Shown here: positions 46,383 through 56,048 of the stretch, in pieces
How positions within the stretch are numbered: position 1 is the first letter of the stretch
Layout: the number at the start of each line of letters is the position of its first letter
Virus record (IMG/VR): IMGVR_UViG_3300021431_004532
Span: 5,612-69,611 of that record
Source: a virus
Taxonomy: Duplodnaviria > Caudoviricetes
Length of the DNA: 64,000 bases
Direction: 5' to 3' (one strand)
Notes under the pieces: generated by a model
Seen by the model: only the letters and a program-made list of their open reading frames with translations
What the model was told of the DNA's origin: nothing
Database searches by the model: none
Made by a program: the position numbers and the translations under genes

Positions 46383-47288
46383 ATGATTACAGAAGACGGT
46401 TACAAGTTTCCCCAAACAGGTGAGACCCTTGAAGAGTTGTTTGTGACTCTCCTGGAGTTCCTGTCTAATGAAGGAGTGCTTGAGGCTACTGGCTCTATTA
46501 GTGTCGATGGAGAGGTAAATGCAAATGGTCATAAGTTGACTGAGAAGTATAAGAAACCTGCTAGTGGTATTCCAAAGGCAGATTTGACTATACCAGTCCA
46601 GACTATGCTCAACAAAGCCGCCAGCGCTTACCAGCTACCAGAAAACGGCATGCCAAAGACTGATTTGTCGGAAGCCGTTCGGCAGTCTCTCAGCAAGGCT
46701 GACAGTGCTATTCAAGAAGTCAAGTTGGAGAACTACATAACGACTGGCAGTAGAATAGAGAATTTTGCAGGCAAGTGTTTCTCTTACTATGGCAGACCGA
46801 CGATTAGCGTGTTCTATCAGGAGAGTAACGGAGATACCAGTCACATGCTCTTTGTCGTGTCTCATGGTGACAGCGAGAGAGACGGTGACAACTTCGGTTT
46901 CCCCTGCAGGGTGCTGTCATACGTGGTAGATAGCGGTACTCTGTCGTTTGAAGCAGATTATAATGGAAACGTACCGACAAACGTGTTACGTGCGCTGGGC
47001 TATGCAGTAACAAACTTGCAGAAGGCTCAGTCTGCCGTGGATGTCACTGTCAGTCCTAACGTGCTCAACGTATGGGGTAGTGTCAACTCTCTTACTGTGG
47101 CGTTTGCTGAAGGACGTTCTGGTGTCATCAATGAATATATGCTACAGTTTACTGTGGGTAGCAATAACTTCACTCTCAAACTGCCTAATGGTGTGAAGTG
47201 GATTGCGGAACCTGAGTTCTCACAGGGTAGCACGTATCAGGTGAGCATAGTTAATAATCTTGCTGTCATTGCAGAATGGGGAGGATAA
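46383..47288 (+). CDS. Tail fibre/structural protein
   Basis: Two PxxGxPKxDL...KAxSA repeats; C-terminal VKWIAEPEF...YQVSIVNNLAV. Confidence 0.55.
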   Translation: MITEDGYKFPQTGETLEELFVTLLEFLSNEGVLEATGSISVDGEVNANGHKLTEKYKKPASGIPKADLTIPVQTMLNKAASAYQLPENGMPKTDLSEAVRQSLSKADSAIQEVKLENYITTGSRIENFAGKCFSYYGRPTISVFYQESNGDTSHMLFVVSHGDSERDGDNFGFPCRVLSYVVDSGTLSFEADYNGNVPTNVLRALGYAVTNLQKAQSAVDVTVSPNVLNVWGSVNSLTVAFAEGRSGVINEYMLQFTVGSNNFTLKLPNGVKWIAEPEFSQGSTYQVSIVNNLAVIAEWGG

Positions 47289-47291
47289 GTT

Positions 47292-47393
47292 ATGAGTATG
47301 TTCAGAAGAATGCTCATGGTGGCATCTACAATCAAGGAAGCGCTTTCTTCGTGGTTCAGGAGTGAGGGCTGGTTTCATAGTGAAGCATGGTAA
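47292..47393 (+). CDS. 33-aa peptide MSMFRRMLM...WFRSEGWFHSEAW
   Basis: Manual translation; fills the gap between tail genes. Confidence 0.5.
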   Translation: MSMFRRMLMVASTIKEALSSWFRSEGWFHSEAW

Positions 47394-47415
47394 ATAACGA
47401 CTAAAACTAAACAAT

Positions 47416-50400
47416 ATGGCTAAGAAAATTACGATTACAGGCACTGACCTTCTTCAGACTGTCAGTGACGATTGGGGAGGAAAAAATAACGGTTCAACTC
47501 CTATTACCAAATACGACACGGAGATACCTGCTGGTGCTGAGTGGGGCATGAACCGTGGAGAGGTTGAAAGATTCCTCAAAGAGCAATTCGGCACTAAGGC
47601 TGGCGCATTCCATATGGATTCAGGCTATCTCTATGTGTTCGCTACCGTAACAGACAAGGAGGCGTGGATTCTGGAGCCTGACGACAAGTACGTGCTCGAT
47701 AAGGTGAAGCTGCCTGAGGGTGGCGACACTCCTTCAGATTCTCTTGTGATATACTCTGTGGATAACACACAGTATTATAAGAAGGGTGCTCAGTCTGTCA
47801 ATATCAAGTTCAAGGTGCGCAACATCGTGGACGGTGAGCAGAGTGGCGACATCTCTGTAAAACTGACGAATGCTCAGGGCGTGGTGCTGTATCAGGCTAC
47901 ACGACCAGTGGCTGACGAGAACGATTTCTATACCATACCGTTGCAGGGTAGTCAGCTGAAGAATATCGCTAACGCCTCAGAGACGGTGACGCTGCGTGTT
48001 GACCGTACTGGTGAGGAGCGTTACGTTACCCGTAACCTGTCTATGTTCTGTATAGAGCTCGGACTGGAGCTGCACAGCGCATACAACTTCGGTGTTGCCA
48101 ATCCTGCGAACATTAGCTATGTGCCTACGTTTACCCTGCCTCAGGGCATTACGAACATTCGTCTGGTGGTGGACGTGTACCAGTCTGCTTCTCAGGTGTT
48201 CAAGCATTTCGAGACAAGTTCTATCGTGACTAACAACCGTGTGGTGCTGCCTCTTGACTGGAGCGACCTGCCTTTCTCTGGTGTGTATATGGCGAAGGCA
48301 TACCTTGACATGAACTACGGCATGATACAGAGTGAGGTGGTGGAGACACCTCTGTTTGCTATCGTGAGCGGAGAAGAGGATTCTACACAGCTTGTAGCAA
48401 TAGAGCCTATCAATGACGTGACATTGTATGACGAGGTCACTCCACGTATCGCTGTGTACAATAATGGCGAGACGAGTGCTGTCATCGACATAGTGCTCAA
48501 TGGAGGTACGCACACACAGCTGGAGGTGATGACTGCTCGTGTGAATACCGAATACACTATGGTTGCTGAGCAGGCGAACAACGTGCTGGTGGTTCAGATA
48601 ATGGAAGAGGGAGAGCCTGTCACTGGTACATCAGTGGAGTTCACTGCAACGGGCTCATTCAACTGGCAGACGATTGGCGGTTACGAGCAGAACCTGACTG
48701 CTAAGGGACGTTCCAACAACGAGCTGCCTACTCCTGCTAACTGGGGTGGCATAACGACATTCAACGATTTCTCATGGTCTGAGGGTGGCTCATGCTGGAA
48801 GGACGGTGCGCTGCACCTGACTGGCGGTGCTTCTGCTATTGTGGGTATTACGCCATTCTTCTCTACTACTCCATACGACCAGCAGAGGAATATCGGTGGC
48901 GGTATTCTCGACACTGGACGCACACTGAGAATACGTTTCAAGGTGAGCAATATCTGTAGCACTGCTGCAAGACTGATAGAGTGTTTTGACGGAAACGTAG
49001 GTTTCTTCGTTACTCCTGAGACTATCTACGTGAAAATGGGTAACAGCGGTGAGATAACCACCGACCCTGACAACGGTCCTCAGGCTACGCAGAACAACCG
49101 TCACTTCTCTCCTGACGAGTATATAGAGCTGTGCGTAACAGTGCAGCCATATTGGGACGAGAGTTACCGTCTTACTGGTCACTTCGCCACTATGTATGTC
49201 AACGGTCAGTTTGCTGGCGAGGCGATACTGAGCAACACGTCTCTGTCTCAGGAGTCTGCTCTGCCTCTCACTCTGCGTGCTGTAGGCTGTGACCTTGACG
49301 TGTCTCAGATAACATACTACGAGAAGTGCCTTGATTCATTCGATGTACTGCAGAACTTCGTCATGGCTCTCGGTAGTCTGGAGGAGATGAAGGAAGCATT
49401 CGAGAAGAACCAGTGCTATACTGGCAATGGCACAGTGAACTTCAACGAGTCATTCAAGTATTGCTGTGCGCTGAGTGCCAAACTGCCTGCTGACGCTGTT
49501 GAGGGTTCTTGTAACCTTATAGTGAACACGCACGAGTTTGACCCTGCCGTGACTGACACGGACGCTTATCCTACTGGTCAGCAGGAGCTGGAACTGTTCT
49601 TCTTCCGTAACGGTGATGTTGATACGTCTCGTTCAGTGAAGTACGTGGGTGAGAACACGAAGGATCTACGTGTTCGTATTCAGGGTACTTCTACTGCTAT
49701 GGAGTATCGTAAGAATATGCGCTACGACTGCAAGGGTACGGTGAAGGTGTACCGCTGGAGCAGAGAACTCTATGAGGCTGGCGGTTCTATCAACCCAAGT
49801 GACGGCTGGTACTACGTAGAGGATAAGACAAAGCTCGCTATCTTCATGCGTGGTGACGCTACAACGGAGAAGGCATGCACGCTGCTCACTACCAAGACAA
49901 ACTACAACGAGAGCACTGCAACACGTAACCTGCCTATGGCTCGCTGGATAGATGACGCTATGCGCTATCTCGCTACGGTACGTGACGGTAACAATAATCT
50001 GATGTTCCCACAGCTGCTGACACCTCCACAGAAGGCTGACGCTTCTGGTGCAGTACGTCAGGCTATTGACGGTCTGCCTGCTATTCAGTTCACTCATGCT
50101 GTAGGCTCTCAGGACTATCGTTTCACTGGTAAGGTGGATTTGATTACCGACAAGAAGAATGCTGGCGTGTTCGGTTTTGCAAAGAATGGTCCTTATAACT
50201 CGGACTCTCCTGTGGAGCACCCAGACTATTCTATTGAGTTCCGCAACGGCAACACCGATGTATGTAACTTCCGTTGTCCTAGCCTGCTGAAGGCTGGTAA
50301 GTACATGGACGCGAGCTTCACGACAAGAGGACAGGACTGCCTAGAGTATCGTTGGCCTGACCTCGACGCTGGCGACACATACTACGGTGACGCTCATCTG

Positions 50401-51990
50401 CGTGCTGACTCTGCTATACAGCGTCTGTTCGACTTCGTATTCAACTGTCACCCTGACTTCATCGGTTACAAGTCTAAGAATGGCGTCATCAGCGAAACAA
50501 ACAGCATTATAACAGTGCTGGGAGAGAACAGAACGGATAACGCTAACTACCGTCGCCAGAAGTTCTATGCGGAAATGGGTAACTACATGGTGAAGGATTC
50601 TATCACTTTCAACGCATTCGTAACGAAGGTGCTTCTGTGGACTGACCAGCGTGCCAAGAACCAGTTCTTCACCCACTATGCAGGTGACGAGGTAGTGAGT
50701 GCATACACCGATGACCTGAATACTGCTGGCGAGACATACGAGATACTGCGTCTGCTGCCTTACGACATAGACACCTCTCTGCGTGGCGACAATGCTTCCC
50801 GTCTGCGTTATGATTTCACTCGTCTCTACAATGATGCGGACGTGTACAACGATACCGTAGGCGTGACGACTATCAGTGACGAGTTCTATCCTTCTCAGCA
50901 GGCTATCGCCAACCCTCAGGAGTTTATCGCTAACCGTGTCATGGGTAAGCGTTCTGCTCTCTTCGAGCTGCTTGACGCTACCTGCCAGTCTGAATATGCT
51001 ACATACTTTGCTCTCCTTGCAGCAGGTTACCTGAATGTGGAGGCACTGAAGAAGTATTGCATAACAGACGAGGCGGAAGCATACAACTCCGTGGTGTACA
51101 ATGCCGATACAGAGTACAAGTACATTGCCAGTGGCTCATCTTCAGACCAGAAGAAGGCTCACGGCTCTGCTAAGGAAGACCTGCTGTGGTGGCTCAAAGG
51201 ACGTATGTACTTCATGGGTGGCGAGAATGGCGCTGGCGATTTCATCGGTTCAAGCATACGTGCTACGATGTGCCAGGACAGTGTGCTGACACAGGCTGGC
51301 GTACCTCTGACTATGCGTATTCCTGCTGGTGCTAATGGCATCACTCTGAGTATCAAGAGCCGTGTACGTAACTATATCGGTACGAAGCTCGGTTCTACTG
51401 GTGCTCTCGCTAAGCAGTATGCTCCTGACCCTTCACAGTATTATGACGTTACACTGGTGACACAGGGTATCGGCAACGAGGACGCTGGTCGCTTCAATAT
51501 CTACGGTCATCTGTTCTTCGACGATGTGGCTGACTTCTCCAGAATGTTCATTGCGTCTATCACAGACTGGGGCGGTTGCACCACCTTAAAGACAATGAAG
51601 TTCGGTGACGATGCAGAAGGATTCAAGAACCCTGCACTGACTGATATCATGGGTAGCGGAAATCCTGTCTTTGGTGCATGTGAACTGCTCGACCTCCGTA
51701 ACTGCGTGGCGTATGCTGAGAGTAACTTTGTTTGCTTCCCTGCTGCCAAGACTATCCTGCTGGAGGGCTGTGACAGTCTGGACGGTATGGAGCTGCCAAG
51801 TACGGATAACCTGCAGGTGCTCTCTCTGCCTAAGAATATTCGCACTCTGAGACTGAAGAACAAGACGAAGCTGGCTACTCTCACACTGGAACAGGGTGGT
51901 GACCTTACGGCTGTGGACTGCGAGAATATCAGCAACACTACTGCGGCTGCGGTATTGGGCGTTTTGGAACAAATCTATAACAATCAATAA
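47416..51990 (+). CDS. Giant tail-associated protein: LamG-like + CotH-kinase-like + leucine-rich repeats
   Basis: RIQGTSTAMEYRKN, DQRAKN, LLPYDIDTSL (CotH-like); C-terminal LLDLRNC/ILLEGCDSL/LQVLSLP LRRs. Confidence 0.65.
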   Translation: MAKKITITGTDLLQTVSDDWGGKNNGSTPITKYDTEIPAGAEWGMNRGEVERFLKEQFGTKAGAFHMDSGYLYVFATVTDKEAWILEPDDKYVLDKVKLPEGGDTPSDSLVIYSVDNTQYYKKGAQSVNIKFKVRNIVDGEQSGDISVKLTNAQGVVLYQATRPVADENDFYTIPLQGSQLKNIANASETVTLRVDRTGEERYVTRNLSMFCIELGLELHSAYNFGVANPANISYVPTFTLPQGITNIRLVVDVYQSASQVFKHFETSSIVTNNRVVLPLDWSDLPFSGVYMAKAYLDMNYGMIQSEVVETPLFAIVSGEEDSTQLVAIEPINDVTLYDEVTPRIAVYNNGETSAVIDIVLNGGTHTQLEVMTARVNTEYTMVAEQANNVLVVQIMEEGEPVTGTSVEFTATGSFNWQTIGGYEQNLTAKGRSNNELPTPANWGGITTFNDFSWSEGGSCWKDGALHLTGGASAIVGITPFFSTTPYDQQRNIGGGILDTGRTLRIRFKVSNICSTAARLIECFDGNVGFFVTPETIYVKMGNSGEITTDPDNGPQATQNNRHFSPDEYIELCVTVQPYWDESYRLTGHFATMYVNGQFAGEAILSNTSLSQESALPLTLRAVGCDLDVSQITYYEKCLDSFDVLQNFVMALGSLEEMKEAFEKNQCYTGNGTVNFNESFKYCCALSAKLPADAVEGSCNLIVNTHEFDPAVTDTDAYPTGQQELELFFFRNGDVDTSRSVKYVGENTKDLRVRIQGTSTAMEYRKNMRYDCKGTVKVYRWSRELYEAGGSINPSDGWYYVEDKTKLAIFMRGDATTEKACTLLTTKTNYNESTATRNLPMARWIDDAMRYLATVRDGNNNLMFPQLLTPPQKADASGAVRQAIDGLPAIQFTHAVGSQDYRFTGKVDLITDKKNAGVFGFAKNGPYNSDSPVEHPDYSIEFRNGNTDVCNFRCPSLLKAGKYMDASFTTRGQDCLEYRWPDLDAGDTYYGDAHLRADSAIQRLFDFVFNCHPDFIGYKSKNGVISETNSIITVLGENRTDNANYRRQKFYAEMGNYMVKDSITFNAFVTKVLLWTDQRAKNQFFTHYAGDEVVSAYTDDLNTAGETYEILRLLPYDIDTSLRGDNASRLRYDFTRLYNDADVYNDTVGVTTISDEFYPSQQAIANPQEFIANRVMGKRSALFELLDATCQSEYATYFALLAAGYLNVEALKKYCITDEAEAYNSVVYNADTEYKYIASGSSSDQKKAHGSAKEDLLWWLKGRMYFMGGENGAGDFIGSSIRATMCQDSVLTQAGVPLTMRIPAGANGITLSIKSRVRNYIGTKLGSTGALAKQYAPDPSQYYDVTLVTQGIGNEDAGRFNIYGHLFFDDVADFSRMFIASITDWGGCTTLKTMKFGDDAEGFKNPALTDIMGSGNPVFGACELLDLRNCVAYAESNFVCFPAAKTILLEGCDSLDGMELPSTDNLQVLSLPKNIRTLRLKNKTKLATLTLEQGGDLTAVDCENISNTTAAAVLGVLEQIYNNQ

Positions 51991-51991
51991 T

Positions 51992-53662
51992 ATGGGAAGA
52001 CTTAATTCGATAAAGCTGCCTCTTGGCACAGCCGATGAGCGCATGACGCTCACTCAGGCACAGGTGAATACACTCATCAATGTGTATTACGACCAGAATG
52101 TTACGACTAAGCAAATCAGTGGCTATGTGTACAAGGAGAGTATATCTATGCGTGAGCACTATATTCTCACACAGCTGGGACTGGACGTAGAGTACGAGAC
52201 GATGACTACCGATTCGTGGTCATTTACCTCTGATAAGAGTGTATTGCGTAACGGTGAGTCCGCTACGCTTGCATTCGGCAATGCCCTCACTTATCAAGAC
52301 GTGGTGTTGAGCATTGACAGTATCAGTGTTGACTATGGTAGCGTCACTGTTGAACAGGTGGAGTCATGGGTAACTCTCGAAAATGGCGTGCTGTCTCTTG
52401 ACAAGGGCAGTTCTACGGATAACTTCGTAGCCAAAGTATCTTTGTCAGCGCACCCTTTGTGGAACACTGATGACGTTAAGACACTCGCTATCGACCTGAA
52501 CGAGGCGAATGCTAGGACAGTATGGATAAATCCTGCCAGTCAGTCAACTGCACTCGCTCATACTGGTAGCATGGAACTGCTGGAAGATTATATCAATCGC
52601 TGCAAGTGCTATGTATTCAATGCTAATGGCTCCAAGAAGGCTGAGATTGCTTCTGCCACCTTCAAGGGTAACTACAGCGGTATGACGGCTGGCACCGTGA
52701 CCTTTGCGGACGGTACGACGGTGAATATTGCCGACCTCAATGCTGCTGGCTGCAACTTCATGGTACTACGTCCAGAGCTTCATATCTTCAGTGGTCTGAA
52801 CGAGGACCAGGAAGAGATACTGCGTTGCACTGGAGTCTTCAATATTGGCGAAGGTGAGAAGGTATTCCCTAAGAAGTACATCGGTATGTTCAAGGCATTC
52901 GAGCAGAACAGCATCATAAAGTCTCAGCCTAACCGAATTCCTACAGGCGAACGTACTATCGCTCAGTTCCAACAGCGAGCTGCTGCTGGTGGCGCTGGCT
53001 ACGGTCTGTGGAACTACTCTGATTGGTGCAAGGAGAATGCTATACATCTTGCGTGGTTTGCTAACACCAACTACGATACCAACGTAGGTGTAGGACGTGT
53101 GGGCGGTGACCAGAATGCTTACAACCGTATTCGTAACATCGTGACTGGCTTCACTCTACCTCTTGCTGGTCAGTATAAGTGTGGCAACGTAGCCACACAG
53201 GACCAAGGAGGCTATACGGTCAACTGCCTTAACTTCTTCGGAATAGAGGGTATGGGTGAGCAGATATGGGAATTCGTTATCGGTTTCCGTCACAATGGTA
53301 CAACGGCATTTATCTGGGACGATAATGCTTGGAGTGAAACACAGGCTCCTGACCGTACGTTAGACCTCAAAGTGACCAACACCTCAGGTACGTATATCAA
53401 GTCGGTTATCGCTGGTGCTGATTTCGATATGCTTCCTAGAGAGGTAGGAGCGTCCGCTACTACAGGAATGTGCGACGGTCACTGGGTGAGCAATCAGGGC
53501 AGGTTGCTGCGCGTCGGCGGTGATGCGAATGGCGGCTCGTTGTGCGGTCTGTCGGCTTCGAACGCGAATGCTCCGTTCTCGGCCTCGTATGCGGATTACG
53601 GTGCTCGTCTGGCTTTCTATGGCGAACCCGAGCTCGTGGACGGTGCGGATCTGCTTGTCTAA
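51992..53662 (+). CDS. DGR target protein (receptor-binding, C-type-lectin fold) with C-terminal VR
   Basis: NFFGIEGMGEQIWEF and GARLAF terminal motifs; last ~120 nt match the TR. Confidence 0.9.
   Translation: MGRLNSIKLPLGTADERMTLTQAQVNTLINVYYDQNVTTKQISGYVYKESISMREHYILTQLGLDVEYETMTTDSWSFTSDKSVLRNGESATLAFGNALTYQDVVLSIDSISVDYGSVTVEQVESWVTLENGVLSLDKGSSTDNFVAKVSLSAHPLWNTDDVKTLAIDLNEANARTVWINPASQSTALAHTGSMELLEDYINRCKCYVFNANGSKKAEIASATFKGNYSGMTAGTVTFADGTTVNIADLNAAGCNFMVLRPELHIFSGLNEDQEEILRCTGVFNIGEGEKVFPKKYIGMFKAFEQNSIIKSQPNRIPTGERTIAQFQQRAAAGGAGYGLWNYSDWCKENAIHLAWFANTNYDTNVGVGRVGGDQNAYNRIRNIVTGFTLPLAGQYKCGNVATQDQGGYTVNCLNFFGIEGMGEQIWEFVIGFRHNGTTAFIWDDNAWSETQAPDRTLDLKVTNTSGTYIKSVIAGADFDMLPREVGASATTGMCDGHWVSNQGRLLRVGGDANGGSLCGLSASNANAPFSASYADYGARLAFYGEPELVDGADLLV
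53501..53617 (+). repeat. DGR variable repeat (VR)
   Basis: 117 bp; 14 mismatches to the TR, all at TR adenines. Confidence 0.97.
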
Positions 53663-53700
53663 CATTTTAATAATAGTAATATATAAAGGTAGATTGGGTG

Positions 53701-53817
53701 AGGTTGCTGCACGTCGGCAGTAATGCGAATAACGGCTCGTTGTGCGGTCTGTCGGCTTCGAACGCGAATAATCCGTTCTCGAACTCGAATGCGAATTACG
53801 GTGCTCGTCTGAAATTC
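53701..53817 (+). ncRNA. DGR template repeat (TR)
   Basis: 200 bp downstream copy of the VR; 25 adenines; nine in-frame AAY codons. Confidence 0.97.
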
Positions 53818-53975
53818 ATCTATAAAAAGCAAGCAAAACACCCATGTGAACCTCGCAACTGGGAGGTAGTGATACCGAACATGCGAAAGATAAATGCAAT
53901 CCTCAATGAGAGGGACGTGCAAGTAGGGTAACACTGAAAGCTCGTAGCATGAAGATGAAAGCCTAAGGCAAAGCG

Positions 53976-55343
53976 TTGATTGACAATCTGAACATAACGA
54001 CTATACGTGGCAAGTACAGAAAGGTGAAGCTGGAGCAGGTCTATGATAAGGATAACCTCATAGCCGCTGAGAAGGAGGCTCGTAGAGGCAAGGGCAAGAA
54101 GTATGGCGTACGTAAGTTCGATAAGCAAGCTGAGGAAAACCTAAAAAAGGTGCAGTCCATGCTGATTAACAGGACATACCATACTTCTCCTGTCAAGACT
54201 GAGGAGCAGTATTGTCCTTGTGGCAAGGTCAGGAAACTGGCTAAACTGCCATACTGCCCTGACCATATCATTCATCATGCACTGATGAGGGTAATAGGTC
54301 CAGTGATAACAAGGTCGTACTACTTTGATTCGGCTGCGAGTATCAAGGGCAAGGGCATAGAGTTCTCCCGTAAGCGCCTGAGACGTTTCATTGACAAGAA
54401 CAGACACCGTGACATCGTATTTGCTAAAATGGATTTCACGAAGTTCTATCACAAGATTAGTCAGGAGCTGGTATTCGCTGAGCTGTGCAGAATGTTCCAT
54501 GATGAGGGCATACGCTGGCTAATGCGTGAGGTGGTGACTGCTGTCGATGAAGGTCTGGGTATCGGACTGTTTCCAATACAGCCGATTGCTAATATGTACC
54601 TAAACAGATTAGACAGGCTGATTGGTAAGGGTAAAGGTGGTAGAATACACCTGTTCCGTTACTGCGACGACCTGCTGATAGTAGGCTTCGACACTAAAGA
54701 GGTGTGGAAGGCTGTGGACGTTGTGAGACATTATGCTGACGAGGTGCTGCACCAACCGCTGCATACCAATATCAATGTGGAGCACGTCACCAACACCGTA
54801 GGCATTGACTTCGTAGGCTATGTGTTCTACAAGGACTACACTCTCCTGCGTAAGAGAACGAAGAAACGCATGAAGAGGAGGGTGGCGAGGTATAGTCGTC
54901 AGATTGAAGACAAGAAGCCTGGTGCAGAGAGTCGCTTATTTGACACTCTGGCAAGCTACAAAGGCTGGCTAATGCATTGCAATGGTAGAAATTTATGGTA
55001 TAAAGTAACAGGTATGAAAAAGTTTAGTGAATTGGGTATTAAAAATTCGTCTGTCAATTCAGACGGTTCGGTGTTCTTTAATGTGCCTCTGGTAGGCTGC
55101 AATTTTCTTGCTAATCATGAAATCGTTGTGAAGGATTTCCAAGAGGGAGTTGACACTGTCAAAGGCAAGGGCAGGTTTGTGGTTCTTGTGGAGGAAAATG
55201 GTCATGAATGCAAGTTCGTGACAAACAACCCACGAATGAAAGACACTCTCCTGCAGTGCAGGGAAATGGAAGCGTTTCCTTTTTCTGCTACTATGAAGAG
55301 CCGTTCGCTGGGTGGCAGTAAGGTTGATTATTATTTTGAGTAG
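53976..55343 (+). CDS. DGR reverse transcriptase with ~110-aa C-terminal extension
   Basis: DHIIHHAL, DFTKFY, GIGLFPIQPIANMYL, RYCDD, GIDFVGY, SYKGWL; TTG start. Confidence 0.95.
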   Translation: MIDNLNITTIRGKYRKVKLEQVYDKDNLIAAEKEARRGKGKKYGVRKFDKQAEENLKKVQSMLINRTYHTSPVKTEEQYCPCGKVRKLAKLPYCPDHIIHHALMRVIGPVITRSYYFDSAASIKGKGIEFSRKRLRRFIDKNRHRDIVFAKMDFTKFYHKISQELVFAELCRMFHDEGIRWLMREVVTAVDEGLGIGLFPIQPIANMYLNRLDRLIGKGKGGRIHLFRYCDDLLIVGFDTKEVWKAVDVVRHYADEVLHQPLHTNINVEHVTNTVGIDFVGYVFYKDYTLLRKRTKKRMKRRVARYSRQIEDKKPGAESRLFDTLASYKGWLMHCNGRNLWYKVTGMKKFSELGIKNSSVNSDGSVFFNVPLVGCNFLANHEIVVKDFQEGVDTVKGKGRFVVLVEENGHECKFVTNNPRMKDTLLQCREMEAFPFSATMKSRSLGGSKVDYYFE

Positions 55344-55349
55344 TTAAGT

Positions 55350-56048
55350 ATGAAGACAGAATCTACAGTAAGACCAGAGCTTGTGGAGAGGTACACAGGC
55401 TTGGTGCGCATCAATTACGATGTGCAGGAGCATCAGGTGACTGGTGCTGAAGGTGAAGAGGCAAGGACGGTGTATGTGTATCGTATGCTGGAGGTGCCAA
55501 GTGTTGAAGGACTGGAGTCTCTTACTCAGATGCTGGTGGTTGACAAGTTCCCACTGGAGGAGCAGATAAGAATACTCTCTGAGGGTACGTCTGCCGATAT
55601 TGCAGGACTGAAGGACTTTAAGTTCAAGTGCAGGCAGTGGGCGCGTCGTGTTCTGGAGCTGCCTGCAACGGCTCAGTCGGAGTCGGAGGTGTACCAAGCC
55701 GCCATTGACCGTATCAATGCTGAGACAGAAGAGAAGATACTGACTGGCTTTAAGTGGGTGTCAAAGAAAGGCACTGACAAGGGTACGGAGTATAACGTAT
55801 GGCTCAGCGAAGAGAACCAGCACAACTACTCAGAGGCTCAGCGTGCGGCTGTGCTTACCGAAGGCAAATCCCTTCCTGTAAAGTTCAAAATGGGTGAGGA
55901 CGCTGACGGCAAGGCTGTCTATCATGAGTTTACTACCGTTGACGAGCTGACAGAGTTCTACCTTTCTGCTGTAGCGTTCGTACAGGAGTGTCTGGCTGAA
56001 GGCTGGGAGAAGAAAGACAATATAGTAATATCTAATGAGGAGGGTTGA
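55350..56048 (+). CDS. Tail-fibre assembly chaperone-like / DUF4376-like protein
   Basis: C-terminal VWLSEENQHNY...PVKFKMG...LTEFYLSAVAFVQECLAEGWEKKD. Confidence 0.55.
   Translation: MKTESTVRPELVERYTGLVRINYDVQEHQVTGAEGEEARTVYVYRMLEVPSVEGLESLTQMLVVDKFPLEEQIRILSEGTSADIAGLKDFKFKCRQWARRVLELPATAQSESEVYQAAIDRINAETEEKILTGFKWVSKKGTDKGTEYNVWLSEENQHNYSEAQRAAVLTEGKSLPVKFKMGEDADGKAVYHEFTTVDELTEFYLSAVAFVQECLAEGWEKKDNIVISNEEG

Noticed and set aside
53698-53931. 77-aa ORF resembling the DGR target C-terminus
   Set aside because: It is the template repeat read in frame (Asn-rich from AAY codons), not evidence of a separate protein gene
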